The notes below the pieces were generated by a model. That model ran no database searches and was not told the origin of the DNA. It saw only the letters and a list, made by a program, of their open reading frames with translations. Below, in pieces: positions 1 through 12,042 of a stretch of DNA of 64,000 bases. The DNA comes from Squalus acanthias (Eukaryota): contig CM059438.1 of assembly GCA_030390025.1 (NCBI GenBank), forward strand, positions 59,522,001 through 59,586,000. The letters run 5' to 3'. A program made the translations under genes and the position numbers. Each line of letters starts with the position of its first letter. Position 1 is the stretch's first letter.

Positions 1-2240
1 CCCCAGTGAGAGTCGTGCCTGTGGAACTGTACTCCAGTGAGAGTCAGGGCCTGTGCAACTGTACCCCAGTGAGAGTCAGGGCCTGTGGAACTGTACCCCA
101 GTGAGAGTCAGGGCCTGTGGAACTGTGCGCCAGTGAGTGTCAGTGTCTGTGGAACGGTACGCCAGTGAGAATCAGTGTTTGTGGAACTGTACCCCAGTGA
201 GAGTCAGTGTCTGTGGAACTGTACCTCAGTGAGAGTCAGGGCCTGTGGAACTGTACCCCAGTGAGAGTCAGGGCCTGTGGAACTGTACCCCAGTGGGAGT
301 CAGTGTCTGTGGAACTGTACCCCAGTGAGAGTCAGGGCCTGTGGAACTGTACCCCAGTGAGAGTCAGTGCCTGTTGAACAGTACCCCAGTGAGAGTCAGG
401 GCCTGTGGAACTGTACCCCAGTGAGAGTCAGTGTCTGTGGAACAGTACCCCAGTGAGAATCAGTGTCTGTGGAACTGTACCCCAGTGAGAGTTAGTGTTT
501 GTGGAACTGTACCCCAGTGAGAGTCAGGGCCTGTGGAACTGTACCCCAGTGAGAGTCGTGCCTCTGGAACTGCACCCCAGTGAGAGTCAGGGCCTGTGGA
601 ACTGCACCCCAGTGAGAGTCAGGGCCTGTGGAACTGAACCCCAGTGAGAATCAGAGTCTGTGGAACTGTACCCCAGTGAGAGTCAGGGCCTGTGGAACTG
701 TACCCCAATGAGAGTCAGGGCCTGTGGAACTGTACCCCAATGAGAGTCAGTTTCTGTGGAACTGTACCCCAGTGAGAGTCAGGGACTGTGGAACTGTACC
801 CCAGTGAGATTCAGCGTGTGTGGAACTTTACCCCAGTGAGAGTTGTGCCTGTGAAACTGTACCCCAGTGAGAGTCAGGGCCTGTGGAACTGTACCCCAGT
901 GAGAGTCAGTGTCTTTAGAACTGTACGCCAGTGAGAGTCAGTGTTTGTGGAACTGTACCCCAGTGAGAGTCAGTGTCTGTGGAACTGTACCCCAGTGAGA
1001 GTCAGTGTCTGTAGAACTGTAGCCCAGTGAGAGTTAGGGCCTGTGGAACTGTACCCCAGTGAGAGTCAGTGTCTTTGGAACTGTACCCCAGTGAGAGTCA
1101 GGGCCTGTGGAACTGTACCCCAGTGAGAGTCAGTGTTTGTGGCACTGTACCCCAGTGAGAGTCAGTGTCTGTGGAACTGTACGCCAGTGAGAGTCAGTGT
1201 TTGTGGAACTGTACCCCAGTGAGAATCAGTGTCTGTGGAACTGTACCCCAGTGAGAGTCAGTGTTTGTGGAACTGTACCCCAGTGAGAGTCAGTGTCTGT
1301 GGAACTGTACCCCAGTGAGAGTCAGTGTCTGTGGAACTGTAGCCCAGTGAGAGTTAGGGCCTGTGGAACTGTACCCCAGTGAGAGTCAGTGTCTTTGGAA
1401 CTGTACCCCAGTGAGAGTCAGGGCCTGTGGAACTGTACCCCAGTGAGAGTCAGTGTTTGTGGAACTGTACCCCAGTGAGAGTCAGTGTCTGTGGAACTGT
1501 ACACCAGTGAGAGTCAGTGTTTGTGGAACTGTACCCCAGAGAGAGTCAGTGTCTGTGGAACTGTACCCCAGTGAGAGTCAGTGTTTGTGGAATTGTACCC
1601 CAGTGAGAGTTAGGGCCTGTGGAATTGTACCCCAGTGAGAGTTAGGGCCTGTGGAACTGTACCCCAGTGAGAGTCAGTGTCTTTGGAACTGTACCCCAGT
1701 GAGAGTCAGTGTTTGTGGAACTGTACCCCAGTGAGAGTCAGTGTTTGTGGAACTGTACCCCAGTGAGAGTCAGTGTCTGTGGAACTGTACCCCAGTGAGA
1801 GTCAGTGTTTGTGGAACTGTACCGCAGTGAGAGTCAGTGTTTGTGGAACTGTACCCCAGTGAGAGTCAGTGTCTGTGGAACTGTACCCTAGTGAGAGTCA
1901 GGATTTGTGTAACTGTACCCCAGTAAGGTGTCAGCATCTGTGGAAATGCACCCCAGTGTGAGTCAGTGCCTGTGAACTGCACCCCAGTAAGGAGTCAGTG
2001 TCTGTGGTACTGCACCCTAGTTAGGAGTCAGGGTCTGTGGAACTGTACCCCAGTGAGGGTCAGGGCCTGTGAACTGTACCCCAGTGAGTCAGTGCCTGTG
2101 GAACTGCACCCTAGTAAGGAGTCAGGATTTGTGGAACTGCACCCTAGTAAGGAGTCAGGATTTGTGGAACTGTATTCTAGTAAGGAGTCAGGGTCTGTGG
2201 AACCGAACCCCAGTCAGGAGTCAGCGTCTGTAGAACTGTC
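1..2240. repeat. 32-bp minisatellite (CCCCAGTGAGAGTCAGTGTCTGTGGAACTGTA)n; begins before the window and degenerates after about 1900
   Basis: Directly visible tandem array of roughly 65-70 units. Confidence 0.97.
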
Positions 2241-2852
2241 CCCGAGCAAGCTATCAACTCCGCTGGTATTGTCCCCCAGTAAGTAGTCAGCACACCTCGT
2301 ATTGTAACCCAGTAAGGTACTAGCTCCTCCTCGTATTGTCCCCCAGTAAGGTACCAGCACCTTCAAATGCAGTAGAGCCCTCTTTGCAGCACCACATTAG
2401 TTCTTGAAATGACTCAAAGTGCCTCCAGCATACAGTGATTATACCCAACCCAGAGCCCTGAATGTACAAAGAACTCACCGAGGTTGGCGCCAGGCTGTTA
2501 AGAGTTAATTGAAGTAGCGAGGTGTACACTCGACCATGCCTTTGTGTAATCATTGTCGTTTGTTGAGCTAGCCTCAGCCCACTCAGGCCTTGGGCTTTGC
2601 TTCATTGGTTGCTGAGAGGGGCCTTCGTGTAACCGCTTGCTGTGATTTGCTGGGAGGCCGGTTATCTCTCTAATCTAGCGTAGAGGCACGTTGCTTATCT
2701 GGCACTCAGCACTGAAAGGCACAGGGCCTTTGAGTCACAGCTACAGGGTGGCACCTACATTACAGGGACAGCTAATGCCGAAACTGGCAGCAATCTCTTG
2801 GTGAATCGAGATTGAGGTCATTCGATCAGGACTTCTCCTTCAGCCTGCAAGG

Positions 2853-4547
2853 ATGGAAGAGGCTATCGGCTCCGAAGGTGTGATGCACTGTGAGTCCTCG
2901 CGGTTTGGCATCAAGGCAGTAACCGAGGGAAGCTACTCAGCATCGCAGGCAAATGTTGGGACTCTCACTGAGCTTGATACTGTGGCCAGGCTGCAGGGAG
3001 AGGCTGCAAACGCAAAAGACTGCAGTCGGCCAAGGGATACTGAGGTCCCAAGACCAGAGACTGGCACGAGAAGGGCTGAGCAAGCAACTGCTTTTACCCA
3101 TCGCCCAAATCGTGAGGAAGAAGCAAATGTGGAAGCTAACATCACAGGGAGTCAAGGGAACAGAGATTTTTACAATGATGTTCCCTTACCTGCAGCAAGG
3201 AGCATCAACATACATGCAAGAGAGACTCTGCTAACCCTTCAGGAGGAGAATGAACCTAACGATGAAGGACAGGGGTGCAGAATGTTCAAGGAATGGACTC
3301 ATCTAAAGGTGACTGGGAGACAATCAGTGAATTCAGAGCAACAAAATCCTCCTGTGGAGCAGGAAATCAAGGGGAGGCTCCCGATACCCAGTCCAGGCCC
3401 TGAGAACATGACCCAGACCACCACGGCATCTACCACCATCCACGCAAAGGAGAGTGGCTTCCAAGGGAAAGAGAAAGCCCAGTGCATCTGCGAGAGTGAG
3501 GCGGGCAGTGACAATGCTATTAAGAGAGGTATGCAAAGACCTTTACAAACTCTGCAGATAACATCCGAAGCTTCAGTGATTGCTACTGTTACTGTTCTCC
3601 CTGGGGTGGGTAGCCGTACAGTGCCTCAACAGAAACAATCTGACGGGGAAGGTGCACCAACTAGGATGTCGTTAGGGGTCAACGAGGCAGAGAGCTGCTG
3701 TCATTCCCAGTACAATCCCTCGACAAATGCGATAGGAAGGCAGGGAAAGAGCGGAGGTGGCGCAAGAGAGTCCCTGCTGGATCCGGGCGATGTACTCCTG
3801 CTGTCTGCTGCAGGCAAAGATTGGAGAGAACACACAGGGGTCGACTCCAAGGCTTCCTTGGCCGGAGACATGGGCCTTGCAGGTGGAGGAGGTCAGGCCG
3901 CGGCTTACGCAACAGGAAGTGAACCCGGGGAAGGGAAAGATGAGCGCAATCGGTCTGTGCCACGCCACAATGTGTCTGAGACAACTCAGTGTGCTGGAGC
4001 TGATGTCTCAACAGGCAGTATGGAGCAGGAATGCCCTGTCTGTACCGAGCTGTATGACTCTGGCGCTCACAAGCAGGCCTTGCTGAACTGTAAGCACAGC
4101 TTCTGTGACAGCTGTGTAAAAAGCATTATGGAGAAAGCGGGCGCGAGCAGCTCCAGCCAGATCCGCTGCCCCATCTGTCGCCAGAGGACCCCGTTGCCCG
4201 AGTGGGACATTCGCCAGCTTCAGGAAGAGATGATATTCTTAAGCCGGGTGGTGGCTGGGAGACCGGGTGTGGTGCCCACACACCCAGCCCCACGAGGTGG
4301 GCCATTCCAGCGGATGGAGCAGGCTTTCCGCCTGCGCCTGCGGACCACGCGGAATTGTGGCTATTTGCCGTGCCTGCGTTACCCGTTGTGGCTGGTGAAC
4401 GCACTGGCATGGTGTGACCAGACCTGTTGGTGCTGCTACTTCTGCTCCATCCTCCTCCTGTACGGGCTGGAATTGCTGTGCCTCTCTCTCATCTTCATCC
4501 CCGTGATCATCCTCATACTACTCTTCACATTGCTGGACAAAGAGTGA
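2853..4547 (+). CDS. RING-HC E3 ligase with a long low-complexity N-terminus and a C-terminal Cys-rich/transmembrane segment (RNF152/182/183/186-like architecture)
   Basis: Intact 564-aa ORF. RING motif CPVC...CKHSFCDSC...CPIC and hydrophobic tail LLCLSLIFIPVIILILLFTLL. Pyrimidine-rich acceptor ttctccttcag ends at 2843, good Kozak context AGGATGG, AATAAA at 5315-5320. Confidence 0.88.
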   Translation: MEEAIGSEGVMHCESSRFGIKAVTEGSYSASQANVGTLTELDTVARLQGEAANAKDCSRPRDTEVPRPETGTRRAEQATAFTHRPNREEEANVEANITGSQGNRDFYNDVPLPAARSINIHARETLLTLQEENEPNDEGQGCRMFKEWTHLKVTGRQSVNSEQQNPPVEQEIKGRLPIPSPGPENMTQTTTASTTIHAKESGFQGKEKAQCICESEAGSDNAIKRGMQRPLQTLQITSEASVIATVTVLPGVGSRTVPQQKQSDGEGAPTRMSLGVNEAESCCHSQYNPSTNAIGRQGKSGGGARESLLDPGDVLLLSAAGKDWREHTGVDSKASLAGDMGLAGGGGQAAAYATGSEPGEGKDERNRSVPRHNVSETTQCAGADVSTGSMEQECPVCTELYDSGAHKQALLNCKHSFCDSCVKSIMEKAGASSSSQIRCPICRQRTPLPEWDIRQLQEEMIFLSRVVAGRPGVVPTHPAPRGGPFQRMEQAFRLRLRTTRNCGYLPCLRYPLWLVNALAWCDQTCWCCYFCSILLLYGLELLCLSLIFIPVIILILLFTLLDKE

Positions 4548-4689
4548 GGCAGTGAGGTCAGTGGGTCACGCACCCTCCTCTGCTGTACTTGACGTCTTGG
4601 TATGAAAGCGATGTCACACCAGTCTCCAATCACTGCAAATCAATGCTAGAGCTGAGTTAGAGGTTGGAAATTGCAGGTGGTGCAGTATG

Positions 4690-5270
4690 GGTTGGAAGGA
4701 GGAGGAGTCGGCTCGGTTCGGGGATGGGGAAGAGTGGTTGGATTAGAGGTTAGAGGGAGGAGGGGCCGGTTGGGTTAGGGGGTTGGAGGGAGGAGGAGCC
4801 GGTTGGGTTCGGGGTTAGAGAGAGGAGGAGCCGGTTGGGTTAGGGGTTGGAGGGAGGAGGAGCCGGTTGGGTTAGGGGGTTAGAGAGAGGAGGAGCCGGT
4901 TGGGTTAGGGGTTGGAGGGAGGAGGAGCCGGTTGGGTTAAGGGGTTGGAGGGAGGAAGAGCCGGTTGGGTTAGGGGGTTAGAGAGAGGAGGAGCCGGTTG
5001 GGTTAGGGGTTGGAGGGAGGAGGAGCCGGTTGGGTTAGGGGTTGGAGGGAGGAGGAGCCGGTTGGGTTAGGGGGTTAGAGAGAGGAGGAGCCGGTTGGGT
5101 TAGGGGGTTGGAGAGAGGAGGAGCCGGTTGGGTTAGGGGGTTAGAGAGAGGAGGAGCCGGTTGGGTTAGGGGGTTAGAGAGAGGAGGAGCCGGTTGGGTT
5201 CGGGGGTTGGAGGGAGGAGGAGCCGGTTGGGTTAGAGGACTGGTGTGGGTAGGGGCCGGTTGGGTTAGAG
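4690..5270. repeat. G-rich ~33-bp minisatellite (GGAGGAGCCGGTTGGGTTAGGGGGTTAGAGAGA)n
   Basis: Directly visible, about 16 units, many containing TTAGGG. Confidence 0.95.
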
Positions 5271-5419
5271 ATGCATAACAAAGCAATATCAAGCCATTGT
5301 TTTAGTACTATCCAAATAAATAATTAAAACACTGTACTCTTTTAAAACATTTCTTTATTGCCGTTAGCGTGACGTACGACAGTTAATCGGAGCCATCAAT
5401 GAGGTTGGAGAGTTTTGGG

Positions 5420-5490
5420 CAGTGGCGGGCAAAATACGACCCGTGGGCCGTATCCGGCCTACCAATGGATTTTATCCAGCCCCGCCGAGG
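5420..5490 (+). mobile_element. hAT (Charlie-like) DNA transposon terminal fragment
   Basis: CAGTGGCGGGCAAAATACGACCCGTGGGCCGTATCCGGCC resembles hAT-Charlie termini (GGCAAA...CGGCCCGCGGGCC...TCCGGCCC). No second end found. Confidence 0.45.
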
Positions 5491-5999
5491 CCTGGCTTGA
5501 GGCCGAACATCCGCCGCACCTGACCCCTAGCCTGGCCCCGCCCCACGTGATGTCAGGAGGCGGGTCATTGTCTCCAAGGCAGCAGGGGAGTCTCGCAATG
5601 GGCTTTCGAGATGGGAGGTGAAGATACGGAGACTGGCGGCTGAGGTGGACAGATGGCGGCTGGGATCATCCTAATTTTAGTCAAAACATGTAAGCTGTTT
5701 CTCAGTGGGGTGTCTTAATGCTTTACAGTTGCATCGCTCTAAATGAAAGAGTTGCTGCAAAAGTGGTGATGTAACTCCACCAAAGTCGGGTCCTCTCTGC
5801 TTCTGGAGTGTATGGATTGAAACTCCAGTGTAGTGTCCAGCCGAGTTTAAAAAGTGCTGAGGAATTCCATTTACCTGGGCATATTATAAACTGAAGGAGA
5901 AGGATTCTTGTTAATGCTTTGAGAGTTTGGGAGCTCCTGCCCACTCTCAAAACATTTCAGCTTTAATTTCCATATTGCAGAAAGTCTTTAGGCTTCTGT

Positions 6000-8200
6000 G
6001 GGTTGCCTGTAGGGGGTGTTGTGAGTTACACTGTATGGAGCTGGTTGCCTGTAGGGGGTGTTGTGAGTTACACTGTATGGAGCTGGTTGCCTGTAGGGGG
6101 TGTTGTGAGTTACACTGTATGGAGCTGGTTGCCTGTAGGGGGTGTTGTGAGTTACACTGTATGAAACTGGTCACCTGTAGGGGGTGTTGTGAGTTACACT
6201 GTATGGAGCTGGTCGCCTGTAGGGGGTGTTGTGAGTTACACTGTATGGAGCTGGTTGCTTGTAGGGGGTGTTGTGAGTTACACTGTATGAAACTGGTTGC
6301 CTGTAGGGGGTGTTGTGAGTTACACTGTATGAAACTGGTTGACATTGGTGTGGTGCTACAGTGAGTTACATTGTATGTAACTGGCTACCTGTACGGTGTG
6401 TTACTGTGAGTTACACTGTATGGAGCTGGTCGCCTGTAGGGTGTGTTACTGTGAGTTACACTGTATGAAACTGGTCGCCTGTAGGGGGTGTTGTGAGTTA
6501 CATTGTATGGAGCTGGTCGCCTGTAGGGGGTGTTGTGAGTTACATTGTATGGAGCTGGTCGCCTGTAGGGTGTGTTGTGAGTTACACTGTATGGAGCTGG
6601 TCGCCTGTAGGGGGTGTTGCGAGTTACACTGTATGGAGCTGGTCGCCTGTAGGGGGTGTTGTGAGTTACATTGTATGGAGCTGGTCGCCTGTAGGGGGTG
6701 TTGCGAGTTACACTGTATGGAACTGGTCGCCTGTAGGGGGTGTTGTGAGTTACATTGTATGGAGCTGGTCGCCTGTAGGGGGTGTTGTGAGTTACACTGT
6801 ATGGAGCTGGCCGCCTGTAGGGGGTGTTGTGAGTTACACTGTATGGAACTGGTCGCCTGTAGGGGGTGTTGTGAGTTACACTGTATGGAACTGGTCGCCT
6901 GTAGGGGGTGTTGTGAGTTACATTGTATGGAGCTGGTCGCCTGTAGGGGGTGTTGTGAGTTACACTGTATGGAGCTGGTCGCCTGTAGGGGGTGTTGTGA
7001 GTTACACTGTATGGAACTGGTCGCCTGTAGGGGGTGTTGTGAGTTACATTTTATGGAGCTGGTCGCCTGTAGGGGGTGTTGTGAGTTACATTGTATGGAG
7101 CTGGTCGCCTGTAGGGTGTGTTGTGAGTTACACTGTATGGAGCTGGTCGCCTGTAGGGGGTGTTGCGAGTTACACTGTATGGAGCTGGTCGCCTGTAGGG
7201 GGTGTTGTGAGTTACATTGTATGGAGCTGGTCGCCTGTAGGGGGTGTTGTGAGTTACACTGTATGGAACTGGTCGCCTGTAGTGGGTGTTGTGAGTTACA
7301 CTGTATGAAACTGGTCGCCTGTAGGGGGTGTTTTGAGTTACACTGTATGGAGCTGGTCGCCTGTAGGGGGTGTTGTGAGTTACACTGTATGGAACTGGTC
7401 GCCTGTAGGGGTGTTGTGAGTTACACTGTATGGAACTGGTCGCCTGTAGGGGGTGTTGTGAGTTACATTTTATGGAGCTGGTCGCCTGTAGGGGGTGTTG
7501 TGAGTTACATTGTATGGAGCTGGTCGCCTGTAGGGTGTGTTGTGAGTTACACTGTATGGAGCTGGTCGCCTGTAGGGGGTGTTGCGAGTTACACTGTATG
7601 GAGCTGGTCGCCTGTAGGGGGTGTTGTGAGTTACATTGTATGGAGCTGGTCGCCTGTAGGGGGTGTTGTGAGTTACACTGTATGGAACTGGTCGCCTGTA
7701 GTGGGTGTTGTGAGTTACACTGTATGAAACTGGTCGCCTGTAGGGGGTGTTTTGAGTTACACTGTATGGAGCTGGTCGCCTGTAGGGGGTGTTGTGAGTT
7801 ACACTGTATGGAGCTGGTCGCCTGTAGGGGGTGTTTTGAGTTACACTGTATGGAGCTGGTCGCCTGTAGGGGGTGTTGTGAGTTACACTGTATGGAGCTG
7901 GTCGCCTGTAGGGGGTGTTTTGAGTTACACTGTATGGAGCTGGTCGCCTGTAGGGGTTGTCGTAAATTACATTGTATGAAACTGGTTGCCCTTGGTGTGG
8001 TGCTACTGTAAGGTACATTGTATGTAACTGGCTACCTGTACGGTGTGTTACTGTGAGTTACACTGTATGGAACTGGTCACCTGCAGGGGGTGTTGTGAGT
8101 TACATTGTATGAAACTGGCTACCTGTACAGTACGTGACTGTGAGTTACACTGTATGGAACGGGTTGCCTGTAGAGGACGCCACAGTGAGTTACACAGTTT
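6000..8200. repeat. 42-bp minisatellite (CTGTAGGGGGTGTTGTGAGTTACACTGTATGGAGCTGGTCGC)n
   Basis: About 50 units; the 14-aa periodicity of the spurious ORFs confirms a 42-bp period. Confidence 0.97.
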
Positions 8201-8339
8201 TGATTTTTTTGTTACGCCCTCGAAGATAGGTTGCCTAGAGTCCACTGGAAAGAGACACTTATGACTAAACAAGAATCGGTACAGTTACGTACTCAGTAAT
8301 CATAACGGCGCTCGGCTCGACGAGTAGGGTTCTTGTGTC

Positions 8340-8640
8340 TGAGTTCATGTCCCACGCCAGGGCTCTGTAGTGCAATACTGAGGGAGTGCTGCACTGTCAG
8401 AGATGCTGTCCTTTAGATGAGATTTTAAACCGGTGCTTCATCTGCCCCTTTAGGCGGTTACATATCTCATGGCAATATTAGAAGAGAAGGGATTTCCCTG
8501 GTCAACTCTCCTCTTAAACAAAAAAAATTGTGAACCAGTCGTTCACCTCCCAAATGCCCTGGAAAGGTTGTAACTTCTGCATAACAGTCCCTGCACCCCT
8601 TCATTGTGTGAAGGCATTTGAGACCTGATAACCTGACGTG
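8340..8640 (+). mobile_element. Degenerate Deu-domain SINE
   Basis: gtgcaatactgagggagtgctgcactgtcagagatgctgtc...gatgaga...aaacc matches the better-preserved copy at 59004-59440. Confidence 0.65.
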
Positions 8641-8912
8641 TCACAACAGAGATGACCACATTTTAGTTTCCGTGTGGGAGCAGTTTTAGAAGTTTTTAGC
8701 CAGATACCATGGGTCTCCATAGGTCGAACATAAATACCGTACATTCATCTCTGCTGCGCAAAAGATTGACTTTGTGTAATTAAATGCACATAAATGACTC
8801 GCAGATGTGAACATGCTGCTCTGGTTCTACTGCTTGTGATAACTTTTCATTTGCTGAGTTTCTCTGTGTGGATTTAGCAAATTTGGTAAGGGTTGTTCAT
8901 TGGTGGATTCAG

Positions 8913-10622
8913 GAGTAACCCTTACCCTGCTGAATAAATAGCGACCTGAACAGTTACACCGTGAGTAACCCTTACCCTGCTGAATAAACAGCGATCTACA
9001 CAGTTACACCGTGAGTAACCCTTACCCTGCTGAATAAACAGCGATCTACACAGTTACACCGTGAGTAACCCTTACCCTGCTGAATAAACAGCGATCTACA
9101 CAGTTACACCGTGAGTAACCCTTACCCTGCTGAATAAACAGCGATCTACACAGTTACACAGTGAGTAACCCTTACCCTGCTGAATAAATAGCGACCTGAA
9201 CAGTTACACCGTGAGTAACCCTTACCCTGCTGAATAAACAGCGACCTACAGTTACACAGTGAGTAACCCTTACCCTGCTGAATAAACAGCGATCTACACA
9301 GTTACACAGTGAGTAACCCTTACCCTGCTGAATAAACAGCGATCTACACAGTTACACAGTGAGTAACCCTTACCCTGCTGAATAAACAGTGATCTACACA
9401 GTTACACAGTGAGTAACCCTTACCCTGCTGAATAAACAGGAACTCAGTACAGTTACACAGTGAGTAACCCTTACCTTGCTGAATAAACAGGAACTCAGTA
9501 CAGTTACACAGTGAGTAACCCTTACCCTGCTGAATAAACAGCAACCTACACAGTTACACAGTGAGTAACCCTTACCTTGCTGAATAAACAGGAACTCAGT
9601 ACAGTTACACAGTGAGTAACCCTTACCCTGCTGAATAAACAGCGATCTACACAGTTACACAGTGAGTAACCCTTACCCTGCTGAATAAACAGCGACCTAC
9701 ACAGTTACACAGTGAGTAACCCTTACCCTGCTGAATAAACAGCGATCTACACAGTTACACAGTGAGTAACCCTTACCCTGCTGAATAAACAGCGATCTAC
9801 ACAGTTACACAGTGAGTAACCCTTACCCTGCTGAATAAACAGCGACCTACAGTTACACAGTGAGTAACCCTTACCCTGCTGAATAAACAGCGATCTACAC
9901 AGTTACACAGTGAGTAACCCTTACCCTGCTGAATAAACAGCGACCTACAGTTACACAGTGAGTAACCCTTACCCTGCTGAATAAACAGCGACCTACAGTT
10001 ACACAGTGAGTAACCCTTACCCTGCTGAATAAACAGCGACCTACAGTTACACAGTGAGTAACCCTTACCCTGCTGAATAAACAGCGACCTACAGTTACAC
10101 AGTGAGTAACCCTTACCCTGCTGAATAAACAGCGATCTACACAGTTACACAGTGAGTAACCCTTACCCTGCTGAATAAACAGCGACCTACAGTTACACAG
10201 TGAGTAACCCTTACCCTGCTGAATAAACAGCGATCTACACAGTTACACAGTGAGTAACCCTTACCCTGCTGAATAAACAGCGATCTACACAGTTACACAG
10301 TGAGTAACCCTTACCCTGCTGAATAAACAGCGACCTACAGTTACACAGTGAGTAACCCTTACCCTGCTGAATAAACAGCGATCTACAGTTACACAGTGAG
10401 TAACCCTTACCCTGCTGAATAAACAGCGATCTACACAGTTACACAGTGAGTAACCCTTACCCTGCTGAATAAACAGCGACCTACAGTTACACAGTGAGTA
10501 ACCCTTACCCTGCTGAATAAACAGCGATCTACAGTTACACAGTGAGTAACCCTTACCCTGCTGAATAAACAGGAACTCAGTACAGTTACACAGTGAGTAA
10601 CCCTTACCCTGCTGAATAAATA
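8913..10622. repeat. 48/50-bp minisatellite (GAGTAACCCTTACCCTGCTGAATAAACAGCGATCTACACAGTTACACAGT)n
   Basis: About 34 units with a few recurring variants. Confidence 0.97.
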
Positions 10623-12042
10623 CCACACAGTCAGTGCCCATGGAGTTAATTGTGGAATTAAATAAAACACTTGCAGCGTGGCAGCTTGATTTTGAATGAA
10701 TCCAGGTATAGTTTCCTATCCTGTTCTTTCCACGTGGACTGTTTCAGGAGCCCTCTGTCTGACCTGCATGGCTGGATGGTAGCTTTCAGACTGAAGGGCT
10801 CCGATTATGACTCGGAGATTATAGGTTTGCCTCTTCAAAGCTGATCGCCCGTGGAGCAGTGAGGAAGAGGAAGATTGTAGCATGATGAGGGAGGAGGTTA
10901 CTACCCATTCTTAGCAGATGAGCATGAACTGTTTTGAGTGCGCGGTTCCAAAGGCTCGTGAGTGACAATCATCCTTCCCAATTCCACCTCAGGTTCTGAA
11001 CTGTATTCAAAGGGCACTACGGAAATGTTTGGGCAAATAACAGCAGAAATGTCTTGGATTCTGCCTACACAAGCAGGAGAAAACCAGTCATCTGGAGGGA
11101 GGTCGAGCCAGCTTATTATCAGAATAGTGAGCCGATCAGTGCAGGCCCTCCATCATTCTGTGTGCAGCGTATGTGTTCACCCACAGGACACCGCCATCAC
11201 TCTCCGAAAATCATGCTCCTGTGGAAAAGAGGATTCAAATGTGGAGAACAGACAAGGGGAATGGTGGAAAAAACATGCTATTCGTTCATTCAGCCTCGGG
11301 TAACCTCATCAGCTGCTCTGTGGGACTCCAATAGCCTGTTTAATCCTCCCTGTTCAATACGACTTCAAACTGGCGCACTCCAGCACTCAGTCTTAAGATT
11401 ATACGCACCAGGGTTTGGCTCTCTCGGTGCTTTAGTGAGTAAGGGGCTCACTCGGTGTAGCACTGAGCCGCACAGGCCATGAGGTTTCTCGGCTCGATCC
11501 CCAGTCTGTGCTGACGTAGCTGATCTCATTCAGGGCAGTAGCTGCGTCTCACTGCCCTTAGGTTGTGGAGAAGGTGAAGGTCCGTTAGGGGTCTTGTTCC
11601 AGATCACTCTCCTGCTGGAAAGTGTGTGTGTGTGTGGATGGCGGGTGAAGATGGGTTGGGATTGGACGTGAAGCCCATGTTTGAATAACCTGACGACACT
11701 CACCGTTACAGCTGAGGACTGGCACCTGTGGAACCCGGAGCCCAGCGCCTTCAGGAGAGGAGCGGAGAAATGGAGCACATTTAGGAACAATACACGAGGC
11801 AACACTCAGCTCGAACCCAGCTGGGCGTGTCACATCCATATGGGACCTGGTGACCTCTGAGGACCAGATTGCCCGACTGGGCGTGGCAGGGGTGAGGGGG
11901 ACATGGTGGAGTGTTTATTACAGCCACCAACAACCTGTCCAAACTGTATTGAACAATACTGAGCTGGAAGGGGAGCGCTGCTCCCCACGTGCCCACAGCA
12001 CCTGTTGTGGAGCTGTAAGGGGCCCAGTCTATTCCTGTAGGA

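Noticed and set aside
5927..8264. Cys-rich metallothionein/keratin-associated-like ORFs (MELVACRGCCELHC)n
   Set aside because: By-product of a stop-free 42-bp unit; several frames are open and a 1-bp deletion shifts the frame mid-array.
9157..10600. RSS heptamer CACAGTG in most 50-bp units
   Set aside because: No ACAAAAACC-like nonamer at 12 or 23 bp, and no V/J segments nearby.
8913..10622. CRISPR-like look of the 50-bp array (constant block plus variable part)
   Set aside because: The variable part is a few recurring ~10-nt variants, not unique spacers; eukaryotic context and no cas genes.
10700..11480. Possible coding exon(s) in non-repetitive sequence (ORFs 10962-11303 and 11054-11482)
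   Set aside because: No recognisable domain or ATG start; cannot be supported without expression or conservation data.
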